From assembly GCA_002269645.1 (NCBI GenBank), contig NIVC01002388.1:32762-96761 (forward strand): DNA of 64,000 nucleotides, given 5' to 3'. The stretch is from Macrostomum lignano (Eukaryota). The notes under the pieces were generated by a model, which had not been told where the DNA came from, ran no database searches, and saw only the letters and a program-made list of their open reading frames with translations. The translations under genes and the position numbers were made by a program. Shown here piece by piece: positions 11,637 to 23,788 of the stretch; positions within the stretch are counted from its first letter, which is position 1, and each line of letters begins with the position of its first letter.

Positions 11637-12489
11637 TCCACTTTGGTAATAACCACTTTGGTAAAAAATGACCATTTTGTATATTTTGATAATCGCCATT
11701 TTGGTAATTGCCACTTTGGTAGGCCTAAAAAAGCAGATTTATGACTGTCACCACTATATATTTTTTATAATTAACTTAAACTATGATTAGGCCACATTAA
11801 ACTTTTTTTGCTATCTATGAGAAAATGTCGAAAAATGACACTTTCATGTTCGGTTGATGAGATCTTACCCTAGTTAAATAATTAATATCTTAAATATATT
11901 ATTTTGTAAATGGTTTAATTTTCTTATTAAAGTGTATTAAAATTTATTTAAAATAGTGCATTTACTTTGAGAAAAATTTGAAGGCAAAGAAAATTAAGCA
12001 AAGTGCATTCTAAAAATTAAAATTGTATAAGTAATTGACAAAGAGAAAAGTAGATTCTGTAATTTCAAGTTGCTAACTTAGAGATTTTAATGTATACAAT
12101 ATTTGGTCTTTGATGTATATATCTAGTATATTTGGAAATAAAAAAAGATCAAAAAAATCAAAATCTCTTGAAGTATATATGAATATATTTTAATTTTTTT
12201 TGTCTTTTTTCCTTTAAGTTTATTTTTACATTTTTTGGAGCATATCAATCAATATATATATATATATATACTACCCTATCAATATATATATATATAATGA
12301 TTGATATGCTCCAAATTGGCAAAAATGTAAAAATAAACTTAACTTTAAAATAAGTTTAAATAGCTATATATATTGCTATTCTTACTTATTACCAAAGAGG
12401 CTATTATCAAAATGGCTGTTATCAAATTGGTCATGGTTTGTTACCAGTGGCTATTAGGGGCCTACTAAAGTGGCTATTACCAAAGTGGA
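11637..12489. mobile_element. Foldback/MITE-like element with repetitive inverted arms and a central hairpin
   Basis: Left arm has tandem CCACTTTGGTAAT-like motifs (11637-11722); right arm has the inverted ATTACCAAAGTGG-like motifs (about 12390-12489). Internal inverted repeat 12216-12340 surrounds (TA)n. Confidence 0.6.
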
Positions 12490-13163
12490 CTATTACCACT
12501 TAGTGTGCTATGCCTTTCCAATGCAACATGACATCTAAAGGGGCTAAAGGATGGCATGCTAGAAGGGCTAGCTATAGGGTAGTTTGCCAGGGGGATAGCA
12601 TACTAAAAAGGTAGGTGGCAATCCTCTAGTTTAACAATGGAACAATGGAAAATTTGTTAAACTAGAGCCTACTAAACAGAAAGGACTTCAGGTATCATAG
12701 TAATTTACCACCTAGAAAAGGATAGTTTTATATAGCTGGCAATAGCACAAAGAAACTCATCAAGCTATGTATCAAATAGGACCTTATATACCAGAGTTGC
12801 CAAAGTTGCTAAGGTCTGCTGCAGGTTATATATATCTATGATGGGAATTATACTAGTGGGTACTATAAGGTATTTAGCCATGACTGCATAAAAAGAGTTA
12901 TTGCTTAATATTGATAAAAAGCAAGCAAGCCAAGAAATCTCTCAAAATCCTATCCCTCCTATCCCAATTCCTTTTCAAAAAACAGTGAGTGATTGCAGGT
13001 TTTGGCCATAAAGATAACAAATAGCTAACTCAAACTAGTAGACAGAGATAAAATTGATATATTGCCATATCTTTAACTTGCATAAGTTTAAATATTTTAT
13101 TTGTAATAACTAAAGAAGTTTTTATTATTTGTAAAATAATAAAACATTCAAAACTAGAAGATT

Positions 13164-14551
13164 ACTTACTTACTTACTACCGACGGGGGGCAGAGCGCCG
13201 CAAACAGGCCGCGAGGCCCCTATTGCAACCCCAAGCTAAACAGAAACAGAAAGGCGTTAGCCTTGGGGCTGCGCCCACCCCTCGCCGGCAGAAGAGCTCG
13301 CGAGAGTGGCATCTGCAATCTTCATCTGCCCAGAATCCCGAACGAATGCACGTAGATCACGGATACGGTCCGGAGTGGTGAGCTCGTCAAGCCTTAGCGG
13401 GTGACCGAGGTGATGCCTCCGCGCCTCGTTGAAGTGTGGGCAGAAAGTGACGTGGTGCGTCGAGGTTTCCTCCTCTAAATCACAGAATGGGCAGATAGGG
13501 GAGCAGCCACTTTGCAGTGAAATATGTCTCTGGAAGAAGCCATGGCCAGTAATGACCATGCACATCTCCCTCAGGTCAGTTTTACTTAAGGAGATAAGAT
13601 ATTCGGATACTTTCCAGTTAATGGCAGGCATAGCCTTTCGTGCTTGCTGGTATTCGGAGCAGCTGTCCCAGTGAGTCTGATGCTGGCAGTTCAGCCAATC
13701 TTGAATGGCGCGGTTGATTGATGACTTCGGAGAAGGTAACTTGACTGAGCGTTGCGCTCCATCAGGGGTGCAACCCCGCTTGGCAAGCTGATCCACAAGC
13801 TTGTTTGCCGAGGATGTTGCTATGGCCTGGTGTCCAGATAACATTGATCCTGTTGAGAATCGCTAGGGTCTGCAAGCTTTTGAGGCATTCTGAGACTGAC
13901 TTGGTTGAGAGCTTGATAGAAGACAAGGCCTTAATAGCGGCCTGGCTGTCAGAGTAAAAATAAATGTCAAAGCTGCTGATGCCAGCTTTGTGCAAATGCT
14001 CAGCGCACTGGTTGATAGCTACAACTTCGGATTGAAAAACCGAGACATTCTCACCAAGATGAAGACTCTCTTGTAAGATCGCTTCACCCTTGTGGAAAAT
14101 GGCAATGCCCGCACCAGCGAGACTGTCACGCAGGGATCCGTCAGTGAAGCAGTGAATACCCTGGCTTCTCCGGTTGATGCCCACATCCAGCGGGTGACTT
14201 CCTCTCAGTGGAAGAGTACACTTGAAGCCCCTCCTGAGGATGAGAGTGGGGGATCTGCAGTCCACCTCGTCTAAATTGAGGTGGATGCGTTGAAGATTGC
14301 GACGGATATAGTCCAGATGTGGGAAAAGAGTCTTCTCAGGCATGAAGCCCGAGGGCGTGTTAGCAATAAATTTATCACAGATGAGACACGCGGCGCCCTT
14401 CATCGCCTCAGCTCTAATGAACAAATGCAGCGGAGGCATGCTGAGGATGGTGTTGAGCCCCTCGTAAGGGGTGGATAGATACGCACTGGTGATGGCTCGG
14501 CAGATGCTACCCTGCAGCTGGTACAACCGGTCCCGTACAGTCTTCAACTCC
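13164..14551 (-). mobile_element. 5'-truncated non-LTR retrotransposon with RNase H and C-terminal zinc knuckle (LOA/R1/I-group type)
   Basis: 12-bp TSD AACTAGAAGATT at 13152-13163 and 14552-14563; (GTAA)n tail at about 13164-13178; RNase H motifs FTDGS, VFQSE, YSDSQAA, WTPGH..GN..D; [16 protein letters not shown]. Confidence 0.9.
13257..14551 (-). pseudogene. Truncated ORF2 (post-RT region, RNase H, Cys/His knuckle) with one +1 frameshift near 13805
   Basis: Listed ORFs 13762-14553 and 13257-13844 join as [18 protein letters not shown] if one extra A in ggcaaacaag is removed. Confidence 0.85.
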
Positions 14552-15139
14552 AACTAGAAGATTGCTAGATAGGCTAATATATGCTTGAAGGGTGACAAGC
14601 AGAAGTAACAGCATGTTGAAGGGTAGTGCACTTATGCTGTCCCTCTGGCTGTACCAAATTACCAAAGTCTTTTATTACCTATATAGCATTGTAAAGCAGC
14701 CAATTTATCTTTTATAGGTTTCTTTGTTTGTTAGTATCTATGCTTTTTAGGCCTTTTGAGCATATTTATAATTATATTTATAGCTTGCTTTTTTATGCCT
14801 AAATATAAAGTAAAGCTATGGCTTATTTCATTAAATTCATTTGATGGATAAAATTGTATATCTAAAGCTGAGTGGATTGATCAATCAGTCAATTGGCCAG
14901 GTTTAATGCATATCTCTTCCTAGATGGCTGCCAATTCAAATGCGGGACTTATATGAATTTTGTGTTATAATATTCTTTGTAGCCATGGCTAATATTGGCT
15001 AATGAAAATTTATGATTTAGCTTAGGCTATAATAATATAATCATAAGTGATTTTGTCTAGGCCTATCTTTGGTTTTATTGTTTTATTGTTTCATTTTTTA
15101 TCTATTTAAACTGTAATCCCACCAACTTCATGGTTTGAA

Positions 15140-15832
15140 ATGCCCTTTGCCCCGGCCACGGGCACTGGCGCTGGCTTCCAGCAGCAGCAACTGTCTATAA
15201 GCAGCTGGAAGCTCACCGTCGCCCTATGCTCATTGGCTAACTTCATCAACTCGGCTGATCGAGTCATAATGCCCATCACTATTATTCAGATGGCGGACGC
15301 CTATAAGTGGAGCTTGCACGACCAAGGCGTCATCCTGTCAGCCTTCTCAGTTGGCTACCTGGCGTCCATGCTGGCAGGCGGGTCCGCTGCCCGTCAGTAC
15401 GGCGGCAAACTGGTGCTGACTGTGGCCGTTTTTCTCTGGTCTTTGTCAACGTTTTTAGCGCCATTGTGTGCCAATTGGTTCGGCGCCCTGGTGCTCTGCC
15501 GGGTGCTGCTGGGCATTGGCGAGGGCCTCGGCCTGCCGTCAATATTTCATCTGTTTGCCCTGCGCGTGCCTGCCGAGATGCGGTCTACGGCCTTCGGCTA
15601 CTTGGTGGCATTCGGCTCCGCTGGGCAGACCATCGCCGCGCTGGCCTGTCCGCATCTGCCCTGGCAGCTGTCGTTTTACAGCTTCGGCTGCGCCGGTCTG
15701 CTCTGGTCGCTGGTCTGGCTGCTGCTGTACAGGGAGGCAGCTGCCGTGCCGCCTCTGCAGCAGCGGTCCTTCCAGCAACTGGCTGAGCAACAGTCGGCTG
15801 GCGAGTCCGGCTTGCACGGTTTTGAATCACAG
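15140..15832 (+). CDS. SLC17-family MFS anion/nucleotide transporter (SLC17A9-like), exon 1
   Basis: NSADRVIMPITI, QGVILSAFSVGY, GGKLVL, RVLLGIGEGLGLP, WQLSFYSFG. Donor CAG|GTTTGT at 15832/15833. Confidence 0.88.
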
Positions 15833-15835
15833 GTT

Positions 15836-16148
15836 TGTTAGTTAATTAGTTAGTTAGTTAGTTAGTTGATTGGTTAGTTAGTTAGTTAGTTAGTTAGTTA
15901 GTAGTTAGTTAGTTAATTAGTAAGCTAGTTAGTTAGTTAGTTAGTTAGTAAGGTAGTTAGTTAGTAAGGTAGTTAGTTAGTTAGATAGTTAGTTAGTAAG
16001 GTAGTTAGTTAGTTAGATAGTTAGTAAGGTAGTTAGTTAGTTAGATAGTTAGTAAGGTAGTTAGTTAGATAGTAAATTAGTTAGTTAGTCAGTTACTTAG
16101 CTATTTAGTTAGTTGGTTAGCTAGCTAGCTAGTTAGTTGGTTAGTTGG
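15836..16148. repeat. (TTAG)n microsatellite in SLC17 intron 1
   Basis: Direct reading; starts within a few bases of the donor. Confidence 0.95.
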
Positions 16149-16351
16149 TCCTGATATGCGTCAATCCTATACGCGTCAATCCTGAGGCTAATTATGCCCT
16201 CAAATGCCTTTGACTGAGCCCAAGAATCGAACCCAAAGTTTTTGCCTACTTTGCTTCACCTCCCCTCCCCCTCGATAAATGAAACCGATATTGGTGTTAA
16301 ATCTGTATGGTAAAGTAAAGAGATGTAAAAAAGTTTCCTGTATCTTTTCAG

Positions 16352-16553
16352 CAGGCATCAAGCGTTCGCTGGACCGAGTTCATCAGCCACTGGCCGCTGT
16401 GGGCAATCTACATCGCTCACTTCACTATGAACTGGTCTAATTACATCATCATGAACTGGCTGCCCACCTACCTGTCCAAGACGCTGGGTGCAGATAAAAA
16501 TCAGATTATGTTCACCGCTGTGCCGTATATTCTCAACTCTTTTGTTGGCATTG
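16352..16553 (+). CDS. SLC17-family transporter, exon 2
   Basis: NAGNAG acceptor ttttcag|cag|. WPLWAIYIAHFTMNWSNYIIMNWLPTYL is a typical SLC17 TM7 motif. Phase-1 donor ATTG|GTTAGT. Confidence 0.88.
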
Positions 16554-16664
16554 GTTAGTGTGTGTTAGTTTAATTTTCTTAGTCATAGATGCTTTGAATG
16601 CTCCTCGGATTTAGTAACTACCCTCCTAGATCTTCAATTTTTAAGTCACCACCTGCATCCCAAA

Positions 16665-17365
16665 TCCTCAGTTGCTGAGCCACCCGCCACCCTAGCTCTC
16701 AGATCCTTAGTTACTGGGCTACCTGCCACCCTCCTAGATTCTCAGTTGCTGGGCCACTCGCACCCTCCCAGATCCTCTGTTGCTAGGCCACTCGCACCCT
16801 CCCAGATCCTCTGTTGCTGGGCCACTCGCACCCTCCCAGATCCTCTGTTGCTGGGCCACTCGCACCCTCTCAGATCCTCTGTTGCTGGGCCACCCGCCAC
16901 CCTCCCAGATCCTCTGTTGCTGGGCCAGCCGCTACCCTCCCAGATCCTCTGTTGCTGGGCCACTCGCACCCTCTCAGATCCTCTGTTGCTGGGCCACTCG
17001 CACCCTCCCAGATTCTCAGTTGCTGGGCCACTCGCACCCTCTCAGATCCTCAGTTGCTGGGCCACTCGCACCCTCTCAGATCCTCAGTTGCTGGGCCACT
17101 CGCACCCTCCCAGATCCTCTGTTGCTGGGCCACCCGCCACCCTCCCAGATCCTCTGTTGCTGGGCCAGCCGCTACCCTCCCAGATCCTCTGTTGCTGGGC
17201 CACTCGCACCCTCCCAGATTCTCAGTTGCTGGGCCACTCGCACCCTCTCAGATCCTCAGTTGCTGGGCCACTCGCACCCTCCCAGATCCTCAGTTGCTGG
17301 GCCACTCGCACCCTCCCAGATCCTCAGCTGCTGGGCTACTTGCCACCCTCCCAGATCCTCATTGC
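16665..17365. repeat. 34-bp minisatellite GTTGCTGGGCCACTCGCACCCTCCCAGATCCTCT in SLC17 intron 2
   Basis: Direct reading, about 20 units. Confidence 0.95.
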
Positions 17366-17431
17366 CTCTAGATCCCAGCTTAGTGGTGCGCACTAAAGCT
17401 AGCATTCATATGCCATCGCCAACACTCACAG

Positions 17432-17576
17432 GCGCGGGCTACTTCTCCGATGCGCTGATCCGGGAACGCTGGACAGCTTTGTCAGTCCGTCGGCTGATGA
17501 CCTTCGTTGGCCTGGTTGGTCCCGGTGTGCTCATTCTGCTGTTCGCCGGCTCCAGCAGCATCGCTCTGGCTGTGCT
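17432..17576 (+). CDS. SLC17-family transporter, exon 3
   Basis: ctcacag|GC acceptor; GAGYFSDALI...SVRRLMTFVGLVGPG; phase-2 donor CT|GTGAGT. Confidence 0.87.
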
Positions 17577-17640
17577 GTGAGTGCGAGGGGTCATTTTATA
17601 TTCAATTTGTCATCTATTTTAATATTTCTGTTTATATATT

Positions 17641-17737
<97 letters not shown>

Positions 17738-17738
17738 A

Positions 17739-17769
<31 letters not shown>

Positions 17770-17770
17770 A

Positions 17771-17801
<31 letters not shown>

Positions 17802-17802
17802 A

Positions 17803-17837
<35 letters not shown>

Positions 17838-17937
17838 ATGTCTGTCTGTCTGTATGTCTGTCTGTCTGTCTGTATGTCTGTCTGTCTGTCTGTCTGACTG
17901 TCTGTCTTAGTGTCTGTCTGTCTGTCAGTCTGTCAGT
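17641..17937. repeat. (CTGT)n microsatellite in SLC17 intron 3
   Basis: Direct reading. Confidence 0.97.
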
Positions 17938-17985
17938 ATTTCGGTGCTCCGTTGCAAAACCGCGAATCCCGTCGCAACTCTTCAG

Positions 17986-18256
17986 CTTCATCTCCCTATC
18001 TATGGGCCTGTCCGCCTGCAACTCGTCCGGCCACCTGGCCAATCACGCCGAGGTGGCGCCTGGCCACGCTGGCATCACTTTCGCCGTGTCCAACGCGCTG
18101 GCAACGATACCCGGGGTGCTGTGCGGCCCGCTCACAGCTGAGCTGGTCACTAAGAGCGGCGGTCGCTGGTTCCCAGTGTACATTCTGGCCGGACTCATGA
18201 ATCTGGTTGGCGCTGTTGTCTACGTTAGCCAGAGCTCCGCTACCCAGCTGCTGTGA
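17986..18256 (+). CDS. SLC17-family transporter, exon 4 (terminal)
   Basis: ctcttcag|C acceptor; NHAEVAPGHAGITFAVSNALATIPGVL, WFPVY. The four exons sum to 1311 nt, 436 aa. Confidence 0.88.
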
Positions 18257-18394
18257 TTGCCGGCGTGGTGTGATGAAACTTTTCTGTCTCTGGCTGCGTA
18301 GCAACAGCTTTATTTACCTTTAATATAAGCTTAGCTTCACTTTTTAATATTGCGTGCGGCATTTCGCTAAGTTTAAAAGGGCTTGTGGCTTCTG

Positions 18395-18617
18395 TGGTGA
18401 GATGGGAGAAGAGATGGTGAATAAGAGAGGTTAGAGAGGGTTGAGAGATGGTGAATGAAAGGGGGTGAGGGATGGGGAATGAGAAAGAGGGTGAGAGATT
18501 GTGAATGAGAGGGCTGAGAGATTGTGAATGAAAGAGGGTGAATGAGAGAGGGTGAGAGATTGTGAATGAGAGAGGGGATGAGAGTGGAGAGATGGTGAAT
18601 GAGAGAGAGAGAATGAG
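18395..18617. repeat. GA-rich degenerate tandem repeat of about 22 bp (GAGAGGGTGAGAGATTGTGAAT)
   Basis: Direct reading; abuts the 3' end of the SINE. Confidence 0.8.
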
Positions 18618-18618
18618 A

Positions 18619-18980
18619 TTTTTTTATTAGAGGCAGGGGGGTTGTGTGCACCCTGGCGCACTTTAAGCGACATAGGCACACAACCGGCGAGAGGCATTAC
18701 TGCCCATTCCGCCGACTCCCCTGAGCAGGCATACAAGCGCGCGGATACGTACGCAGGCACACACTCACACAGGAGTGTACAGCGGCCCTAACTTTATTTT
18801 TATCGTTAGGCATGTACACTTCACTGCGCCTTGGGGGTTGGCTCTCAAGGCCGTTAATTTCACGAGCAGAGCCAAGCCGAGATTCCAATTCAGCCCCAAA
18901 TTAATGTGACTGCACTTGGAATCGAGCCTGGGTCGCTGGCACACCAGAACAGCTGCGCTACCGCTGGGCTACGGCCCCCC
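18619..18980 (-). mobile_element. tRNA-derived SINE, copy 1 (apparently full length)
   Basis: Head GGGGGGCCGTAGCCCAGCGG (A-box) and GGCTCGATTCC (B-box, 18918-18928). Body shared with copies at about 24.9 kb and 48.3 kb. Ends in AATAAAAAAA. Confidence 0.8.
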
Positions 18981-19060
18981 GAAAGAATGAGATATGTTGA
19001 GATGTTTAAATACATATGTATAGTAATAGCCCAAGGAAATAGATTTATTACACAGGGGTA

Positions 19061-19074
19061 GTTACCATGACAAC
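19061..19074. promoter_or_regulatory. Candidate RFX X-box
   Basis: GTTACCATGACAAC; reverse complement GTTGTCATGGTAAC fits the X-box pattern GTHNYY-AT-RRNAAC. Motif match only. Confidence 0.3.
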
Positions 19075-19530
19075 AGGAATTAAGCCACTAAGTAATGGCC
19101 TATTGATCATCCGCACTGCCCCCCCACCTCTAGATAGCTCGATTGCCTGCAAAGCCCGTAATTGCAGTTTTAATTGGCCCTAATTCGCCTCATACCTGGT
19201 AGGATACCTGGGCCGCTCGCTCCGCACATTTTAATTGCTGTGATGCACCTGCTGTTGCCTGAATAATGTTGCTTTGATGTCAGTTCCCGTTTATTTGCAT
19301 GTACATTAATTTTCTGTTAGTGTGTGCCTGCTGCGCTGCACACTGCAAATATCATTGCGTTTTATTATCGTTTTATTAAGGTAGCTTATCGGATAGACTT
19401 GATTCATTTTCACTTGCGTTCGGCTTCTAATAGGGTTTAATAGAGCGACCCTTTTTTGAAAATCTCTTGATCACAAATTTTTAATTTTTAACTGAGCCAT
19501 GAACAAATTCTATAAGTTCATATTATTGAT

Positions 19531-19728
19531 AAATGGCACTCTGCTATTCAAAAATGGCACTCTGCTATTCAAAAATGGCACTGTGCTATTCAAAAATGGC
19601 ACTGCTATTCAAAAATGGAACTCTGCTATTCAAAAATGGCACTGTGCTATTCAAAAATGGCACTCTGCTATTCAAAAATGGCACTGTGCTATTCAAAAAT
19701 GGCACTGTGCTATTCAAAAATGGCACTC
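19531..19728. repeat. 21-bp minisatellite ATTCAAAAATGGCACT(C/G)TGCT, about 9 units
   Basis: Direct reading. Confidence 0.93.
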
Positions 19729-20196
19729 TTGCTACCCATAAGCGACATATACTATTAATAATAGAAATGGCAGATTTAGACAAAGCTTTGTTTTCATCAA
19801 AAAAAGTAATTAAACAATATTGCTTTGAGCTCCTCGTCAATGCTCATATAATAGATAGTAAGCACTTTTAAACTTCGGACGCGAGGCGTTGTATACAAAA
19901 AAAGTAAATGCACATATTTTATGATTATTCGTATGCTTTTCCTAGAAACTACCTGCAGTTAATTATTATTCAATTATTTTATTTTGTACTGTCTATGCTA
20001 ATTTAACACTGGCTGATAAATGCTGCTGTTTTAAATTACATGTAATTACAATGGACTTCAATTATTGTTCCTATGAACCATTTTTCGACTAAAGTTGCTG
20101 CACTGTATAATTTCACACCCCGATTTAGTTAGGGCTCACCTTTCAATCGGCGTTTCAATCTGTAGTATTCCTAATAGTTGCTGAGGCTTTTGTCTA

Positions 20197-23100
20197 GGTC
20201 ATTGCGATTATGGTCATTCACGATGGTCATTGCGATAATGGTCATTCACAATGCAGAACAGGTCATTGCGATAATGGTCATTCCCAATGCAGAACAGGTC
20301 AATTGCGATAATGGTCATTCACAATGGTTATTGCGATAATGGTCATTCACAATGCAGAACAGGTCATTGCGATAATGGTCATTCACAATAGACTGGGTCA
20401 TTGCGATAATAGTCATTCACAATAGACTGGGTCATTGCGATTATGGTCATTCACGATGGTCATTGCGATAATGGTCATTCCCAATGCAGAACAGGTCAAT
20501 TGCGATAATGGTCATTCACAATAGACTGGGTCATTGCGATAATAGTCATTCACAATAGACTGGGTCATTGCGATCATTCACAATAGACTGGGTCAATTGC
20601 GATAATAGTCATTCACAATAGACTGGGTCATTGCGATAATGGTCATTCACAATAGAATGGGTCATTGCGATAATGGTCATTCACAATAGACTGGGTCATT
20701 GCGATAATAGTCATTCACAATAGACTGGGTCATTGCGATCATTCACAATAGACTGGGTCAATTGCGATAATAGTCATTCACAATAGACTGGGTCATTGCG
20801 ATAATGGTCATTCACAATAGAATGGGTCATTGCGATAATGGTCATTCACAATAGACTGGGTCATTGCGATAATAGTCATTCACAATAGACTGGGTCATTG
20901 CGATAATGGTCATTCACAATAGATTGGGTCATTGCGATAATGGTCATTCATAATAGACTGGGTCATTGCGATAATGGTCATTCACAATAGACTGGGTCAT
21001 TGCGATAATGGTCATTCACAATAGACTGGGTCATTGCGATAATGGTCATTCACAATAGACTGGGTCATTGCGATAATTGTCATTCACAATAGATTGGGTC
21101 ATTGCGATAATTGTCATTCACAATAGACTGGGTCATTGCGATAATAGTCATTCACAATAGACTGGGTCATTGCGATAATAGTCATTCACAATAGACTGGG
21201 TCATTGCGATAATGGTCATTCACAATAGATTGGGTCATTGCGATAATGGTCATTCATAATAGACTGGGTCATTGCGATAATGGTCATTCACAATAGACTG
21301 GGTCATTGCGATAATGGTCATTCACAATAGACTGGGTCATTGCGATAATGGTCATTCACAATAGACTGGGTCATTGCGATAATTGTCATTCACAATAGAT
21401 TGGGTCATTGCGATAATTGTCATTCACAATAGACTGGGTCATTGCGATAATTGTCATTCACAATAGATTGGGTCATTGCGATAATTGTCATTCATAATAG
21501 ATTGGGTCATTGCGATAATGGTCATTCACAATAGACTGGGTCATTGCGATAATGGTCATTCACAATAGACTGGGTCATTGCGATAATGGTCATTCACAAT
21601 AGACTGGGTCATTGCGATAATGGTCATTCACAATAGACTGGGTCATTGCGATAATGGTCATTCACAATAGACTGGGTCATTGCGATAATGGTCATTCACA
21701 ATAGACTGGGTCATTGCGATAATGGTCATTCACAATAGACTGGGTCATTGCGATAATAGTCATTCATAATAGATTGGGTCATTGCGATAATTGTCATTCA
21801 CAATAGATTGGGTCATTGCGATAATTGTCATTCACAATAGACTGGGTCATTGCGATAATTGTCATTCACAATAGATTGGGTCATTGCGATAATTGTCATT
21901 CATAATAGATTGGGTCATTGCGATAATTGTCATTCACAATAGACTGGGTCATTGCGATAATGGTCATTCACAATAGACTGGGTCATTGCGATAATGGTCA
22001 TTCACAATAGACTGGGTCATTGCGATAATAGTCATTCATAATAGATTGGGTCATTGCGATAATGGTCATTCACAATAGACTGGGTCATTGCGATAATGGT
22101 CATTCACAATAGACTGGGTCATTGCGATAATGGTCATTCACAATAGACTGGGTCATTGCGATAATAGTCATTCATAATAGATTGGGTCATTGCGATAATG
22201 GTCATTCACAATAGACTGGGTCATTGCGATAATGGTCATTCACAATAGACTGGGTCATTGCGATAATGGTCATTCACAATAGACTGGGTCATTGCGATAA
22301 TGGTCATTCACAATAGACTGGGTCATTGCGATAATGGTCATTCACAATAGACTGGGTCATTGCGATAATTGTCATTCACAATAGACTGGGTCATTGCGAT
22401 AATTGTCATTCACAATAGATTGGGTCATTGCGATAATTGTCATTCATAATAGATTGGGTCATTGCGATAATGGTCATTCACAATAGACTGGGTCATTGCA
22501 ATAATAGTCATTCATAATAGATTGGGTCATTGCGATAATGGTCATTCACAATAGACTGGGTCATTGCGATAATGGTCATTCACAATAGACTGGTTCATTG
22601 CGATAATTGTCATTCACAATAGACTGGGTCATTGCGATAATTGTCATTCACAATAGATTGGGTCATTGCGATAATGGTCATTCCCAATGCAGAACATGTC
22701 AATTGCGATAATGGTCATTCACAATAGACTGGGTCATTGCGATAATGGTCATTCACAATAGACTGGGTCATTGCGATTATGGTCATTCACGATGGTCATT
22801 GCGATAATGGTCATTCACAATAGACTGGGTCATTGCGATTATGGTCATTCACGATGGTCATTGCGATAATGGTCATTCCCAATGCAGAACAGGTCAATTG
22901 CGATAATGGTCATTCACAATAGACTGGGTCATTGCGATAATGGTCATTCACAATAGACTGGGTCATTGCGATAATGGTCATTCACAATAGATTGGGTCAT
23001 TGCGATAATGGTCATTCACAATAGATTGGGTCATTGCGATAATAGTCATTCACAATAGACTGGGTCATTGCGATAATGGTCATTCACAATAGACTGGGTC

Positions 23101-23670
23101 ATTGCGATAATAGTCATTCACAATAGACTGGGTCATTGCGATAATGGTCATTCACAATAGAATGGGTCATTGCGATAATGGTCATTCACAATAGACTGGG
23201 TCATTGCGATAATAGTCATTCACAATAGACTGGGTCATTGCGATAATTGTCATTCACAATAGATTGGGTCATTGCGATAATGGTCATTCACAATAGATTG
23301 GGTCATTGCGATAATGGTCATTCACAATAGATTGGGTCATTGCGATAATAGTCATTCACAATAGACTGGGTCATTGCGATAATGGTCATTCACAATAGAC
23401 TGGGTCATTGCGATAATAGTCATTCACAAAAGACTGGGTAATTGCGATAATGGTCATTCACAATAGACTGGGTCATTGCGATAATGGTCATTCACAATGC
23501 AGAACAGGTCAATTGCGATATTGGTCATTCACAATAGACTGGGTCATTGCGATAATGGTCATTCACAATAGACTGGGTCATTGCGATAATAGTCATTCAC
23601 AATAGACTGGGTCATTGCGATAATGGTCATTCACAATAGACTGGGTCATTGCGATATTGGTCATTCACTG
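20197..23670. repeat. 34-bp minisatellite GGTCATTGCGATAATGGTCATTCACAATAGACTG, about 100 units
   Basis: Direct reading. The unit is 15+19 bp, both sub-units starting GGTCATT; variant units (gcagaaca) occur near both ends. Confidence 0.97.
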
Positions 23671-23788
23671 CAGAGGCAGGGTCATATATTGCAAATAAAG
23701 CCTAGGATATATCAAGGATTACCTGGGTTAATACTTATACAATTTATTCCTTAGTAGCAGATTCAGCACATTTGCTGCCAATTTACAG

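Noticed and set aside
20197-23670. CRISPR-like array (34-bp period)
   Set aside because: No unique spacers, purely tandem units, no cas genes, eukaryotic context. The same applies to the other minisatellites.
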